A DNA stretch of 62,553 nucleotides, counting the filler, from an uncultured bacterium (GTDB taxonomy: Bacteria; DYJV01): NCBI GenBank assembly GCA_964543655.1. It is 5 parts of 5 records of this genome, joined end to end, with 100 filler letters (N's around TTAATTAATTAA, not from the genome) between each part and the next. Parts side by side here need not be neighbours in the genome. Positions count along the whole stretch, not along the records: positions 21,555 to 47,071 come from CAZIZE010000030.1; positions 47,172 to 52,718 come from CAZIZE010000044.1; 3 more parts are not named here. One strand, written 5' to 3'. This document shows, one piece after another, positions 41,773-51,926 of the stretch (within the stretch, counting starts at the first letter, position 1; each line of letters begins with the position of its first letter). The notes under the pieces were generated by a model. That model was not told the DNA's origin. It searched no databases and was given only the letters and a program-made list of their open reading frames with translations. The position numbers were made by a program, and so were the translations under genes.

Positions 41773-44017
41773 AATTTGTATAATAATATTTTTGTTTTTA
41801 GTTGTTAACACATTATTTGCAGAGAATAACAGAATATTTAGGATTAATATATTAGGTAATGAAAAAATAGAAAAAGATGCTATAATGCCATTTATTTCAT
41901 CAAAAGTTGGCGATGTTTTTTCACCTGATAAAGTTAAACAAGATGTTAAATCAATATATAGAATGGGTTATTTTGAAAATGTAATGGTAAACTATAATAA
42001 GCTAAAACAGGGAGTTGAGCTTACCTTTATTGTAGTTGAGAAGCCATATATAAAATTAGTAAAATTTGTTGGAATAAAAAAATTAAAGAAGAGTGAAGTT
42101 ACCAAAGAGTTAGAGACAAAACCTTTTACAATTATAAATGAGGATAAAATAAAGAAAGACGTTGAAAAAATTACAGATATTTATCAGGAAAAAGGATATT
42201 ATGGAGTAAAGGTAACCTATAAAATTTCAAAACCTGTTAATCATAAAGTAGTTGTAACATTTTATATTCATGAAGGTATAAAATCCAAGATAGATCATGT
42301 TTATATAAAGGGTAATAAATTTTTAAGTGCAAGAAGGATTAGAAAAGCAATATATACCAAACCTTACAGCTTTTTACTATCATGGATTACAGGAACTGGT
42401 TATTTGAAAAAATCTGAACTTGAAAAGGATGTGAAAAGAATAGAGAATCTTTATCATACATATGGATTTGTAAGAGTTAAAGTTTTTGAGCCTGTGGTAA
42501 AAGTAAAAGATAAGGGAAAGTATTTAGATGTAACATTTACCCTGGAAGAAGGGAAAAGATACAAATTTGACAAAGTAAAAATCACTGATCCCCAGGCAAC
42601 ACCAAAGTTAATTAAAAAGTTGTTAAAAACTTTAAAATGTAAGCCCAATGATTATTTTAATAACCTTTATATTCATGATGATATAGGTAAATTAACTGAT
42701 GAATATGCTGATATGGGTTACGCATTTGCAGATGTTTCTCCTAAAACTCTTGTTGATGATAAAAATTTGACAGTTGATTTAAATTTTATAATTGACAGAG
42801 GTAGATTATATAAATTTGGTGAAATTTCAATAGAAGGAAATACTGTTACAAGAGATAAAGTAATTAGAAGAGAATTAAGGGTTTATGAGCAGGAGAAGTA
42901 TAATGCCACTGGCTTAAAAAGAAGTCGTGCAAATTTGAAAAGAACAGGTTATTTCAGCGAAGTTGATATTACCACAAAAAAGGTAAATCAAGACACAATA
43001 GATGTTCATGTTAAAGTAAAAGAGACTCCTACAGGGACATTAAGCTTTGGTGGTGGTTACAGCTCTTCTGAGTCTTTTATTTTAACTGGTCAAATATCAC
43101 AGAACAATCTTTTTGGAAAAGGCTATAAATTAAAACTTGATGCAGCATTAAGTGGAATTTCTCAGAGGTATAATATTAATTTTACTGACCCTGCTATTTT
43201 AGATACAAATGTGAGTTTTGGATTTTCATTGTATGAGCTTGATTATGAATATGACAACTATGATACTTTAAAAAAAGGATTTGGCATTAGTCTTGGTAGA
43301 AGAATTTCTGATTTTACAAGGTGGGATGCAAGTTACTATTATGAGTCTGTTAAAGTTTACAATGTTGATGAAGATGCAGCTGATTACATTAAAGATGAAG
43401 AGGGCAAAACAAGAGTAGCATCAGTTAGCTTTTCTCTTTCAAAAGACACAAGAGATGATTATTTTTATCCATTAACTGGTGTAAAGCAGAAAATTTATAC
43501 TGAAATAAGCACCCAGTTTCTTGGTGGAGATGAAGATTATTATAAAATAATTGGTGAAAGCATATGGTTTCATCCAATTAATAGAAGAAAAAAATGGGTT
43601 TTTGATTTTAGAATTAGACTTGGATACATTGGTAAACTTGGGAGTAAAGAGATACCTGCATGGGAGAGGTTTTATGTTGGAGGTTTAAAAACTTTGAGAG
43701 GTTTTAAATATGGAAAGGCTGGGCCAAGGGATGAAAGTGGTGATGTAAAAGGTGGTGTTAAAGAGATTATTACCAATACAGAGATTAGATTTCCTTTAAT
43801 AGAAGAAATTGGTATTAATGGGGATATTTTCTTTGATGCTGGAAGGGCTTTTGATGACAATGAACCAATTAGTTTAAATTTAAGAAAAAGTGTGGGATTT
43901 GGGCTTAGCTGGCGTTCACCATTTGGTTTAATAAGAATAGAGTATGGTATTAACCTATCACCCAAATCAGATGAAAAAGCAGGAGTTTGGGGTTTTTCCA
44001 TGGGAACAATGTTTTAG
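41744..44017 (+). CDS. bamA: Outer membrane protein assembly factor
   Basis: Signal peptide, POTRA repeats (GNTVTRDKVIRRE), LRGF, WRSPFG, terminal F. Confidence 0.96.
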   Translation: MVMSKQKLIKICIIIFLFLVVNTLFAENNRIFRINILGNEKIEKDAIMPFISSKVGDVFSPDKVKQDVKSIYRMGYFENVMVNYNKLKQGVELTFIVVEKPYIKLVKFVGIKKLKKSEVTKELETKPFTIINEDKIKKDVEKITDIYQEKGYYGVKVTYKISKPVNHKVVVTFYIHEGIKSKIDHVYIKGNKFLSARRIRKAIYTKPYSFLLSWITGTGYLKKSELEKDVKRIENLYHTYGFVRVKVFEPVVKVKDKGKYLDVTFTLEEGKRYKFDKVKITDPQATPKLIKKLLKTLKCKPNDYFNNLYIHDDIGKLTDEYADMGYAFADVSPKTLVDDKNLTVDLNFIIDRGRLYKFGEISIEGNTVTRDKVIRRELRVYEQEKYNATGLKRSRANLKRTGYFSEVDITTKKVNQDTIDVHVKVKETPTGTLSFGGGYSSSESFILTGQISQNNLFGKGYKLKLDAALSGISQRYNINFTDPAILDTNVSFGFSLYELDYEYDNYDTLKKGFGISLGRRISDFTRWDASYYYESVKVYNVDEDAADYIKDEEGKTRVASVSFSLSKDTRDDYFYPLTGVKQKIYTEISTQFLGGDEDYYKIIGESIWFHPINRRKKWVFDFRIRLGYIGKLGSKEIPAWERFYVGGLKTLRGFKYGKAGPRDESGDVKGGVKEIITNTEIRFPLIEEIGINGDIFFDAGRAFDDNEPISLNLRKSVGFGLSWRSPFGLIRIEYGINLSPKSDEKAGVWGFSMGTMF

Positions 44018-44062
44018 CTTGAAAAATAATAATCATAAAAACAAAATTTAAGGAGGAAAATT

Positions 44063-44587
44063 ATGAAAAAGAGAACAGTGAGTTTTATATTATTTTTTTT
44101 GCTTTTTGCAACATTATCATTTGCAGCAAATAAGATAGGGGTTTTTGATATGCAAGTGGTAATGGTTAAATCTACAGCCGGGATGGATATTAAAAATGAA
44201 TTAAATAAAAAAAAGGAGTATTATACTGCGGAAATAAAAAAAAGGGAAAAAGCTTTAAAACAGATGAGAGATGAGATTGAAAAAAAAGCAATGATGCTAT
44301 CTCAAGAAGCAAGAGATGAGCAGGAGAAAGCGTATCAAAAAAAGCTTAGAGATTTAAAACTTTATGCAAATGATTCAGAAACTGATCTTAAAACAATGTA
44401 TCGTGATAAAACTCAAAAGCTTATACATGATATATTACTTGTTGCAAGAAATTATGCCAAAAAAAATAATTTCTCAATAGTTATAGAGAAACAGGAAGGT
44501 GGGGTTGTTTTTGCTGATAAGGCAATTGATATTACAGAGCAAATTTTAAAGGCATTTAATGAATATTATTTAAAAAATAAAAAGTAG
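44063..44587 (+). CDS. skp: OmpH/Skp periplasmic chaperone
   Basis: Signal peptide, KIGVFDMQ, coiled coil, DITEQIL; located between bamA and lpxD. Confidence 0.9.
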   Translation: MKKRTVSFILFFLLFATLSFAANKIGVFDMQVVMVKSTAGMDIKNELNKKKEYYTAEIKKREKALKQMRDEIEKKAMMLSQEARDEQEKAYQKKLRDLKLYANDSETDLKTMYRDKTQKLIHDILLVARNYAKKNNFSIVIEKQEGGVVFADKAIDITEQILKAFNEYYLKNKK

Positions 44588-44595
44588 GATTAAAA

Positions 44596-45627
44596 ATGGA
44601 AGTGACAGTAAAATTTATTGCTGATTTAATAGATGCAGAAATTTTTGGTGATGAGAATGCAAAAGTTTCCAATATAGCCACCATAGAATCAGCGAAAAAG
44701 GGTGACCTTACTTTTATTGCAAATAAAAAGTACCTTAAATATATAAATTCCACAGGTGCTACAGCGGTTATTTTAGAGAAATATATTGAAGGTAGCAATG
44801 TTACTCAGCTTGTTACACCTAATCCATATCTTGCATATGCAAAAATTTTAACATTTTTTACAAAAAGAGAAGTAAAACATTGTGGGATTAACAGTGGTGC
44901 TGTTATTGCTGAAAATACAAAATTTAAAAATAGAGATAATGTTACTATATATCCATTTGTTTTTATTGATGAAAATGTTTCAATTGGTGAAAATGTAATA
45001 ATTTATCCAAATGTTTTCATAGGGAGAGATTCTGTTTTAGGAGATAATTGCATAATATATTCCAATGTTTCTATATATCACAACACTAAGATTGGCAACA
45101 ATGTTACTATTCATAGTGGCACTGTTGTTGGCAGTGATGGGTTCGGTTATGCAAAAGATGGTGAAAAATATTTTAAAATACCTCAAATTGGTAATGTGGT
45201 AATTGAAGATGATGTGGAGATTGGTGCGGGATGCACAATAGATAGAGGTGCCTTGAATTCAACAATTATAAAAAAAGGCACCAAAATAGACAACCTTGTT
45301 CAAATAGCACATAATGTAGAGATAGGGGAAAATTCAGCAATTGTTGCTCAGGTGGGAATTTCAGGAAGTTCAAAATTAGGTAAAAATGTTGTTCTTGCTG
45401 GACAGGTAGGTGTAGCAGGCCATCTTAAAATTGGTAACAATGTTACGGTGGGTGCACAAAGTGGTATAGGTAAATCAGTGCCTGATAATAAAATTTTATC
45501 AGGTTCACCTGCAATTGAGCATTCGAAATGGCTTAAATGGGCAATAACTTATAAAGATTTACCAGATTTAATAAAAAGGGTTAGGAAATTAGAAAAACTT
45601 TTAGGAGATAAAAATGATAAAAATTAA
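44596..45627 (+). CDS. lpxD: UDP-3-O-acylglucosamine N-acyltransferase
   Basis: Hexapeptide repeats, [19 protein letters not shown]. Confidence 0.97.
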   Translation: MEVTVKFIADLIDAEIFGDENAKVSNIATIESAKKGDLTFIANKKYLKYINSTGATAVILEKYIEGSNVTQLVTPNPYLAYAKILTFFTKREVKHCGINSGAVIAENTKFKNRDNVTIYPFVFIDENVSIGENVIIYPNVFIGRDSVLGDNCIIYSNVSIYHNTKIGNNVTIHSGTVVGSDGFGYAKDGEKYFKIPQIGNVVIEDDVEIGAGCTIDRGALNSTIIKKGTKIDNLVQIAHNVEIGENSAIVAQVGISGSSKLGKNVVLAGQVGVAGHLKIGNNVTVGAQSGIGKSVPDNKILSGSPAIEHSKWLKWAITYKDLPDLIKRVRKLEKLLGDKNDKN

Positions 45628-46051
45628 TGAAATTTTAAAACTTTTACCTCATAGATACCCTTTTTTGCTTGTTGATAAAATTTTGGAACTGAAAGTTGGA
45701 GAATATATTAAAGCTGTGAAAAATGTAACCTTTAATGAGCCTTTTTTTACCGGGCATTTCCCAGAGCTTCCGGTAATGCCTGGAGTTTTAATAGTAGAAG
45801 CAATGGCTCAAACAGCTGGAATTTTAGCAATAAAGACAGACAATATAAAGCTGGACAATAAAGTTGTTTATTTTGCTGGTATTGATAAATGTAGATTTAG
45901 AAATCCAGTTGTGCCTGGAGATACTTTAATTCTTGAAGGAAAAAATGTTAAACATAAAGGTCCTGTATGGAAGGTTGACTGTACGGCATCTGTAGATGAT
46001 AAAATTGTTACAGAAGCTGTTTTAACAGCTACAATAGCAGAAGCAAAATAA
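45614..46051 (+). CDS. fabZ: 3-hydroxyacyl-ACP dehydratase
   Basis: [29 protein letters not shown]. Confidence 0.98.
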   Translation: MIKINEILKLLPHRYPFLLVDKILELKVGEYIKAVKNVTFNEPFFTGHFPELPVMPGVLIVEAMAQTAGILAIKTDNIKLDNKVVYFAGIDKCRFRNPVVPGDTLILEGKNVKHKGPVWKVDCTASVDDKIVTEAVLTATIAEAK

Positions 46052-46066
46052 AGGAGGTTTTTTTAT

Positions 46067-46846
46067 ATGGCGGTTCACCCAACAGCTATTATTGATAAAA
46101 GTGTTGAGTTAGACAATGATGTTGAAATAGAATCATATGTAGTGATTAAGGGGAAAGTTGTTATTGGTAAGGGTACTAAAATTTCTTCACATGCAGTAAT
46201 TGAAGGTCCAACAGAAATAGGGGAAAATAACACTATATTTCAATTTGCCTCTATAGGTACTCCTCCACAAGACCTTAAATACAATGGAGAAGACACCAAG
46301 CTTATAATTGGTAATAATAATGTATTTAGAGAATTTGTTACTATTAACAGAGGTACAATGGATGGTAGAGGCTGTACCACAATTGGAAATAATAATTTTT
46401 TTATGGCTTATTGCCATGTTGCTCATGATTGTATTGTAAAAGATAATGTTATACTTGCAAATAATGCAACTCTTGCAGGACATATTTTTGTTGATAACAA
46501 TGCTATTATTGGTGGTTTAAGTGCTGTTCATCAATTTGCAAGGATTGGAAAATATGCAATGATTGCTGGAAAAACAGGTGTAGTTAAAGATATACCACCT
46601 TTTATGCTTGCTTCTGGCTCAAGAGCTAAATTATTTGGGCCAAATATTGTTGGCCTTGAAAGAAATGGTTTTTCAAAAGAGAGAATAGATACCATTAAAA
46701 AATTGTATCATATATTATTTAAGCGAAAATACAAATTTTCAGATGCTGTTGAAAGAGTTAAAAATGAATTCTCAAGCTCTGATGATGCAAAAGAGATTAT
46801 TGAATTTATTACTTCAGGCACAAAAAGAGGTATTACGCTTGGGTAA
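46067..46846 (+). CDS. lpxA: UDP-N-acetylglucosamine O-acyltransferase
   Basis: PQDLKY, HVAHDC, LAGH, VHQF. Confidence 0.98.
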   Translation: MAVHPTAIIDKSVELDNDVEIESYVVIKGKVVIGKGTKISSHAVIEGPTEIGENNTIFQFASIGTPPQDLKYNGEDTKLIIGNNNVFREFVTINRGTMDGRGCTTIGNNNFFMAYCHVAHDCIVKDNVILANNATLAGHIFVDNNAIIGGLSAVHQFARIGKYAMIAGKTGVVKDIPPFMLASGSRAKLFGPNIVGLERNGFSKERIDTIKKLYHILFKRKYKFSDAVERVKNEFSSSDDAKEIIEFITSGTKRGITLG

Positions 46847-46849
46847 TTT

Positions 46850-46927
46850 TTAGTTGTTAGTTGTTGGTGGTTTGTTGTTAGTCATCAGCCACTAAGCACT
46901 ATCCTAACCCTCCCAAATCACTAACAA
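46850..46927. repeat. Degenerate heptamer repeat tract (TTAGTTG/CACTAAC-like)
   Basis: TTAGTTG TTAGTTG TTGGTGG TTTGTTG TTAGTCA ... CACTAAG CACTATC. Confidence 0.55.
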
Positions 46928-47071
46928 TTAATCGTTGAGCATAAAATCATACTCCGTTATATTCCTCTCTTTACTATCAAAATTTATACCTATAAGATAT
47001 ATCTTCTTATTTTCATTTAAATATTTCTCATAATATCTCTTCTCTTTTATCTGCTTTATCGGCTCTTCCTT
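46928..47071 (-). CDS. C-terminus of a PD-(D/E)XK nuclease-domain protein (AAA-ATPase_like + PDDEXK_9 type), 5' partial
   Basis: Manual translation KEEPIKQIKEKRYYEKYLNENKKIYLIGINFDSKERNITEY...; homologous to 57887-58198. Confidence 0.8.
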   Translation of the reverse strand, partial: KEEPIKQIKEKRYYEKYLNENKKIYLIGINFDSKERNITEYDFMLND

Positions 47072-47171
47072 NNNNNNNNNNNNNNNNNNNNNNNNNNNNN
47101 NNNNNNNNNNNNNNNTTAATTAATTAANNNNNNNNNNNNNNNNNNNNNNNNNNNNNNNNNNNNNNNNNNNN
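47072..47171. other. Artificial contig linker
   Basis: N-run, TTAATTAATTAA, N-run. Confidence 0.99.
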
Positions 47172-47357
47172 AACCTTTATTCCACCCTTTTTATTAACAG
47201 CTTCCTGCCAGTAAGTGTAAGCATCCTTTACAAGGTTACCTGCTTTGCCAAATTTACCAGTAAGGGCAACTGCAACACCAATCTTAAATTCTTTTGCCTG
47301 CAATGTTGAAAAGATAAGGAAAAAACCCATAAAAAAGATAAATAAAATTTTTTTCAT
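47172..47357 (-). CDS. N-terminus of an amino-acid/HAAT ABC substrate-binding protein, 3' partial
   Basis: Signal peptide followed by FKIGVAVALTGKFG...VNKKGGIKV; GGAGG RBS. Confidence 0.8.
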
Positions 47358-47617
47358 AACAACCTCCTAAAATTTTTTAAAAGCTTGGCGGTGTTACACA
47401 AATTTCTATTGTAAATCTCTTCCTAAAAAAACATTTATTTTTATGGGGAATTATGTAAAATTATTAAATTCACTTTTCTATAAATAGTAATTTTACATTA
47501 AAAATTTTTTAATTTTGTAAATATCACGATTATAAAAAAGTCAAGTAGAAAAAACTTTTGTTGACTTTTTTTTTATTATTTTATAATTTCTTTTTGAAAT
47601 TTATAAGGCAGGTTCCT

Positions 47618-48286
47618 ATGAGATTCCAGATTTCCGTTATCCTTACTGATGGCTCCAAATTCTTTTTAGAAAAGATCAATGTAACCAAAAAAGATGTTAA
47701 AGATATGAGGGAAAAGTATAAAATTCCTGAGTATTATCAGAATAAAGCTGTCTATATAGCTAAGTTGTTCAACGAATATGAAGTAAAAATAGTTTCTGAT
47801 TTTCTTTTTAAAAATGATTATATGAAATCATACACCATAACCAAAATTAATCCATTTATGCTTGAAGATGATGTTATTTCATACTCTAAAATTGTTAGGA
47901 CAAATTCGCAAGGCTCAAAATGGGAGACAATTTCCTTAGGTCAGGTAAATCATATGTTTATAATGGGTTACGGGTTAATTGAAGAGAATGCCAAGCTGAG
48001 AAGGCAGGAAAGAGATTATCAGGGCTGCCTGATACTACTTGAGCTTGTTGATGCAGAAAGGACTATAAAAAATATAGACACCTTACAATATTACTTAGTT
48101 AATGTAAAAAAGATAGAGGATATTTACGAATTTGCAAATAAAGTTTTAAATTCAAAGCCCTACAACGTTCAGAAATATGCAGATGAAATTAGAAAACTTC
48201 TTTTTCCTAATAAAAGCAGCAGTGAATCTAATCAGCAGTTAAATACCAAAATTATCAAAATACCAAAAGATAACTGGCAAAATTAA
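47618..48286 (+). CDS. Hypothetical protein (222 aa)
   Basis: Long ORF filling the gap up to rplI; ATG at 47618 preferred over the upstream GTG/TTG; no recognisable motif. Confidence 0.65.
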   Translation: MRFQISVILTDGSKFFLEKINVTKKDVKDMREKYKIPEYYQNKAVYIAKLFNEYEVKIVSDFLFKNDYMKSYTITKINPFMLEDDVISYSKIVRTNSQGSKWETISLGQVNHMFIMGYGLIEENAKLRRQERDYQGCLILLELVDAERTIKNIDTLQYYLVNVKKIEDIYEFANKVLNSKPYNVQKYADEIRKLLFPNKSSSESNQQLNTKIIKIPKDNWQN

Positions 48287-48771
48287 TTGCCAGCTACCTC
48301 TTCTTTTTTCTCCTCTTTTCCTTCTTCCTCTTCTGAAATTACATTTACTTTTAATTTTGCAATTACTTCTGGATGAAGCTTAATGTCAATTTCAAAATTT
48401 CCAAGAGTTTTTATAGGCTCTTTTAAAAGAATTTTTTTCCTATCAATATCAAACCCAAGTTTGCTTAATTCTTTTTCTATTATAAGTGAAGTTACTGAGC
48501 CAAAAAGTTTTCCACTTTTTCCAAGCCTCTGCTTGATATTTAATTCTACTTCTTCAAGTTTTGCTTTTAATTCCTCAGCATGAATTTTAACTTTATTTAA
48601 TTTTCTTTCAATCATTCTCTTATGGTGTTCAAACTCTTTAAGATTTTTCTCATTAGCTCTCACAGCCAAACCTTTAGGAATAAGATAGTTTCTTGCATAG
48701 CCATCTTTAACAGTAACAATATCACCTATACTGCCAAGTGCTTTAACATCTTCTTTAAGTATTATTTTCAT
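48283..48771 (-). CDS. rplI: 50S ribosomal protein L9
   Basis: [33 protein letters not shown]. Confidence 0.98.
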   Translation of the reverse strand: MKIILKEDVKALGSIGDIVTVKDGYARNYLIPKGLAVRANEKNLKEFEHHKRMIERKLNKVKIHAEELKAKLEEVELNIKQRLGKSGKLFGSVTSLIIEKELSKLGFDIDRKKILLKEPIKTLGNFEIDIKLHPEVIAKLKVNVISEEEEGKEEKKEEVAGN

Positions 48772-49699
48772 TGGTGCCTCCTCTATTCATTATTTTTCTA
48801 AAATCAAACCAGTTGTCAAACAATCCGATTATCGCAACTGATATTAATAAAAACTGTGAAAAAAGTATTAAAATGTAAAAAAGATTTTTCATAAATTTTG
48901 AAAATTTAATCTTCTCAAACCAGCATTCTGTAACTGAAAAACCTTGAATTAAAAAAACAAAAGAGCATATTATAAATATGTTTAAAACTATCCACCAGAT
49001 TAAACTCTTTTTAAGAAAAAAAACACCAAATCCACTTATTATAAACAACCATACAAAGTGAAAAGGGTATTTATAATTTTTAAAATCAAAATTTCTAATC
49101 TTAACTTTTGCCAATCTCTCTGCAATAGGGAGATTTACTAAAAAGATACTTGTATAAAACATTACCATTAATGCTGGCAAAACTCTTACAAGTGTATAGC
49201 TTAATACTTTTAAATTAGTTGAAATCTGCTTAATCTCCTCTTCTGTAAAACCAAATTTTCTGTAGCTTTTAAGCACAGCTTGAAAATTAGAGTTTAAAAA
49301 ATTTGTCAACCAATCTAAAATATGGCTATAATTAAATCCAGCAAAATATAAAACTCCAATTGCAAAGAGAAATATCATTATAAGTGATGATAAAAAAACA
49401 GCTTTTCCAACTTCCACTTCCCTATTATACAATTCAAAGAACAGATAAAATGGGAATCCATACTGAATCAAATATAAAATAACACTTATTCTGCCACCAG
49501 CAAAAAAAACAATTAAGCATGTTAAAAGCAAACATGCAACAAGCTTATTTTTATTTTGTTTAAGCCCAATATATCCAAGTGGAATAGGAGCAAAGAAACT
49601 GATTATTCCACCAATTAAAGGCATAATTGATGATAATAAGTAGAGAAAAGCTCCTATTACAGCTCCTAAAAGTATGGGCTTATACTCAGATGAATTCAT
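48755..49699 (-). CDS. YybS/DUF2232 membrane protein
   Basis: Multi-pass membrane protein with QGFSV and [11 protein letters not shown]; located between rpsR and rplI. Confidence 0.85.
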   Translation of the reverse strand: MNSSEYKPILLGAVIGAFLYLLSSIMPLIGGIISFFAPIPLGYIGLKQNKNKLVACLLLTCLIVFFAGGRISVILYLIQYGFPFYLFFELYNREVEVGKAVFLSSLIMIFLFAIGVLYFAGFNYSHILDWLTNFLNSNFQAVLKSYRKFGFTEEEIKQISTNLKVLSYTLVRVLPALMVMFYTSIFLVNLPIAERLAKVKIRNFDFKNYKYPFHFVWLFIISGFGVFFLKKSLIWWIVLNIFIICSFVFLIQGFSVTECWFEKIKFSKFMKNLFYILILFSQFLLISVAIIGLFDNWFDFRKIMNRGGTNENNT

Positions 49700-49953
49700 T
49701 TCCTTTTATATTCATTTGCAGTTGTAAATGGTAATAGCGCCATTATTCTTGCTCTTTTAATCTCTTTTGCAAGTGCCCTTTGATGAAATGCACAGGTGCC
49801 AGTAATTCTACTTGGCAAAATTTTGCCTCTGTCTGTAATAAACCTTTTTAATAGGTTAAAATTTTTATAATTTAGCTCAGCATCTTTATGTGTGCAAAAG
49901 TAGCAAACTTTTTTTCTTGGAAACCTTCTCATAAATTGTCTCTCATTAGCCAT
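49696..49953 (-). CDS. rpsR: 30S ribosomal protein S18 (Zn-binding C+ type)
   Basis: [30 protein letters not shown]. Confidence 0.98.
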   Translation of the reverse strand: MANERQFMRRFPRKKVCYFCTHKDAELNYKNFNLLKRFITDRGKILPSRITGTCAFHQRALAKEIKRARIMALLPFTTANEYKRK

Positions 49954-50265
49954 TTATTTTTCCTCCTTTTTTTCTATGTGGTGCACTTTTTCAGCAATAA
50001 TTTCAACACTTCTTCTCTTTTCTCCTGATTTAATTGTGTAAGTTGAAAATTTTAGCTTACCTTCTATTACTATTTTAGAATCTTTCTTTAATTTATTTCC
50101 ACAAAATTCTGCAAGTTTTCCAAAAACAACAACATTGAAAAAATTAATCCTGTTGTTATCCCTAACAATAATGTTCATTCTACAAACAGGATTATTGGAC
50201 AGAGTATATGAGAGCTCAGGCTCTCTGGTTAGAGTCCCTGAAATAAAAACTCTGTTAATATCCAT
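49954..50265 (-). CDS. Single-stranded DNA-binding OB-fold protein without acidic tail (SSB/PriB-like)
   Basis: NRVFISGTLTREPEL, FFNVVVFGKLAE, IEGKL; 103 aa; located between rpsF and rpsR. Confidence 0.85.
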   Translation of the reverse strand: MDINRVFISGTLTREPELSYTLSNNPVCRMNIIVRDNNRINFFNVVVFGKLAEFCGNKLKKDSKIVIEGKLKFSTYTIKSGEKRRSVEIIAEKVHHIEKKEEK

Positions 50266-50576
50266 TATTCTTCAGTTGTTTTAATCTTTCTGGAATCTAA
50301 CTTGACAAATAGATAACGGAATAGGTTCTCATTGATTCTGAAAATTCTTTCTAATTCTTTCAGAAGCTGATAATCAATTTCAAGCAAAAGAACATAGTAA
50401 TAACCGCTGTTTTTCTTTTTAATAGGATAGGCAAATCTCTTTAAGCCCCAGCTGTCAACTTTTAAAATTTTCCCATTGCCATTTTCAATAGCCTGTTGAA
50501 TTTTTTCAAACTCAGCATTTGCATCTTCCTGGGATAATTCTCCATTGATAATTATCATTAATTCATAATGTTTCAT
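50265..50576 (-). CDS. rpsF: 30S ribosomal protein S6
   Basis: MKHYELM, WGLKRFAYPIKK..GYY. Confidence 0.97.
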   Translation of the reverse strand: MKHYELMIIINGELSQEDANAEFEKIQQAIENGNGKILKVDSWGLKRFAYPIKKKNSGYYYVLLLEIDYQLLKELERIFRINENLFRYLFVKLDSRKIKTTEE

Positions 50577-50580
50577 ATTA

Positions 50581-50622
50581 CCTCCTTATGGTTTATTAGC
50601 CCTATATTTTGAGGGCAAGGAG
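50581..50622 (-). ncRNA. S6:S18 ribosomal-protein leader (cis-regulatory RNA)
   Basis: mRNA reads CUCCUU-GCCCU-loop-AGGGC-UAAUAAA-CCA-U-AAGGAGG: outer stem sequesters the SD, inner stem present, CCR motif unpaired. Confidence 0.75.
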
Positions 50623-50709
50623 AAAAGAGTTTGCTCTGTTATAATAAAAAAATATAAAAATCAAGTATTTTTTTCTTGATTTTTTCTAAAAATTTTATAA
50701 AATTATTTT

Positions 50710-51456
50710 ATGATTTTTGATGCACATGTACATTGCGGGCTCACACTTAAATATGAAAATGTTAAGCAAGAATGGGATAAAGCTAATATTGACGGTGGAG
50801 TGCTTTTTTCTCCAGTGGAAGAGATTTACAATAGATATGATCCTTCTTTTACAGATTCTGAGTATTACATTGATTCAAGGAGTAAGGTTCACAAATATTT
50901 ATGTAAATTAAAAAAATCAAATAGCAATTTATTCATATACTATTTTGTGTGGAATGATTTTAAATTACCAGATAATAACTTTTCAGGTATAAAGTGGCAC
51001 AGACATGCAAATGAGCCTATTTACAACTATTCATCAGATGAATGCAAAGAATTTATTGATTTTATTTGTAAAAAGAAATTGCCTGTTATTATAGAAGAGG
51101 AATTTTCAAATTGCATTAATTTCATAAAATTAATAAATGGCAGGACTTCCATTATTATCCCCCATCTTGGGTTTTTAAATGGTGGTTATGAACAATTAAA
51201 AGCAGAGGGAATATTTGCAGAGGATAATATCTATGCTGATTCTGCACTTGCTGATGAGTATGAAATAGTTGATTTTTGTAAAAATTTTGGTGTTAACAAA
51301 CTTTTCTTTGGAAGCGATTATCCATTTGGTTCCCCCTACTTTGAGCTTCAAAAGATAAAAAAACTATTTTCAGGGAAAGATTTCTCCATGATAACAATTG
51401 AAAATATTAAAAAATTACTTTCTCAATGTAGCAACCAATCTGCTTCTGTTAAGTAG
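50710..51456 (+). CDS. Amidohydrolase-family (TIM-barrel) protein
   Basis: DAHVH, GIKWH, PHLG, LFFGSDYPF. Confidence 0.85.
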   Translation: MIFDAHVHCGLTLKYENVKQEWDKANIDGGVLFSPVEEIYNRYDPSFTDSEYYIDSRSKVHKYLCKLKKSNSNLFIYYFVWNDFKLPDNNFSGIKWHRHANEPIYNYSSDECKEFIDFICKKKLPVIIEEEFSNCINFIKLINGRTSIIIPHLGFLNGGYEQLKAEGIFAEDNIYADSALADEYEIVDFCKNFGVNKLFFGSDYPFGSPYFELQKIKKLFSGKDFSMITIENIKKLLSQCSNQSASVK

Positions 51457-51885
51457 CAAATCAATTGCATGTTCAATATTTTTTACACAAATATCAGCAT
51501 TTACAACTGCTTCAACACATAACCCTTCATCTCCTATTACAGCTATTCCAAGTTTTGCAGTTTTTAACATTTTTACATCATTAAAGCCATTTCCAAAAGC
51601 AACACACTTTTCTGCTCCTAATTTTTCAATAAATTCAAGCTTGCTATCTTGGCCATTGTTTTTATCAACAATAGTTAACTCCACTGGTAAAGACTTGAAT
51701 ACCTCTTTTGCTTTTCCAAATGTATCTGCAGTTAAAACAAATAATTTTAGCTGTTTTGATAGAGCTATTAACTTCTCTTTAACATTTGATGATAATACTC
51801 CATCAACAGTTAAAGTGCCATTCATATCAAATATTGCATATTCAAATAAAAATGAATCTCTCCCTGGAATTTGAACTTTAATCAT
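51415..51885 (-). CDS. HAD-family hydrolase (soluble P-type ATPase-like)
   Basis: DMNGTL, LTADTFG, GNGFND; GGAG RBS favours the start MIKVQIPG. Confidence 0.85.
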   Translation of the reverse strand: MIKVQIPGRDSFLFEYAIFDMNGTLTVDGVLSSNVKEKLIALSKQLKLFVLTADTFGKAKEVFKSLPVELTIVDKNNGQDSKLEFIEKLGAEKCVAFGNGFNDVKMLKTAKLGIAVIGDEGLCVEAVVNADICVKNIEHAIDLLLNRSRLVATLRK

Positions 51886-51926
51886 TGTAAACTCCATAAA
51901 AAAATTTTACAAAAACCAATTATTAG

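Noticed and set aside
47453-47571. AT-rich inverted repeats (ATGTAAAATTA/TAATTTTACAT and AAAAAAGTCAA/TTGACTTTTTT) and a possible riboswitch upstream of the binding-protein gene
   Set aside because: They are explicable by back-to-back -35 boxes and AT bias. I recognise no riboswitch consensus.
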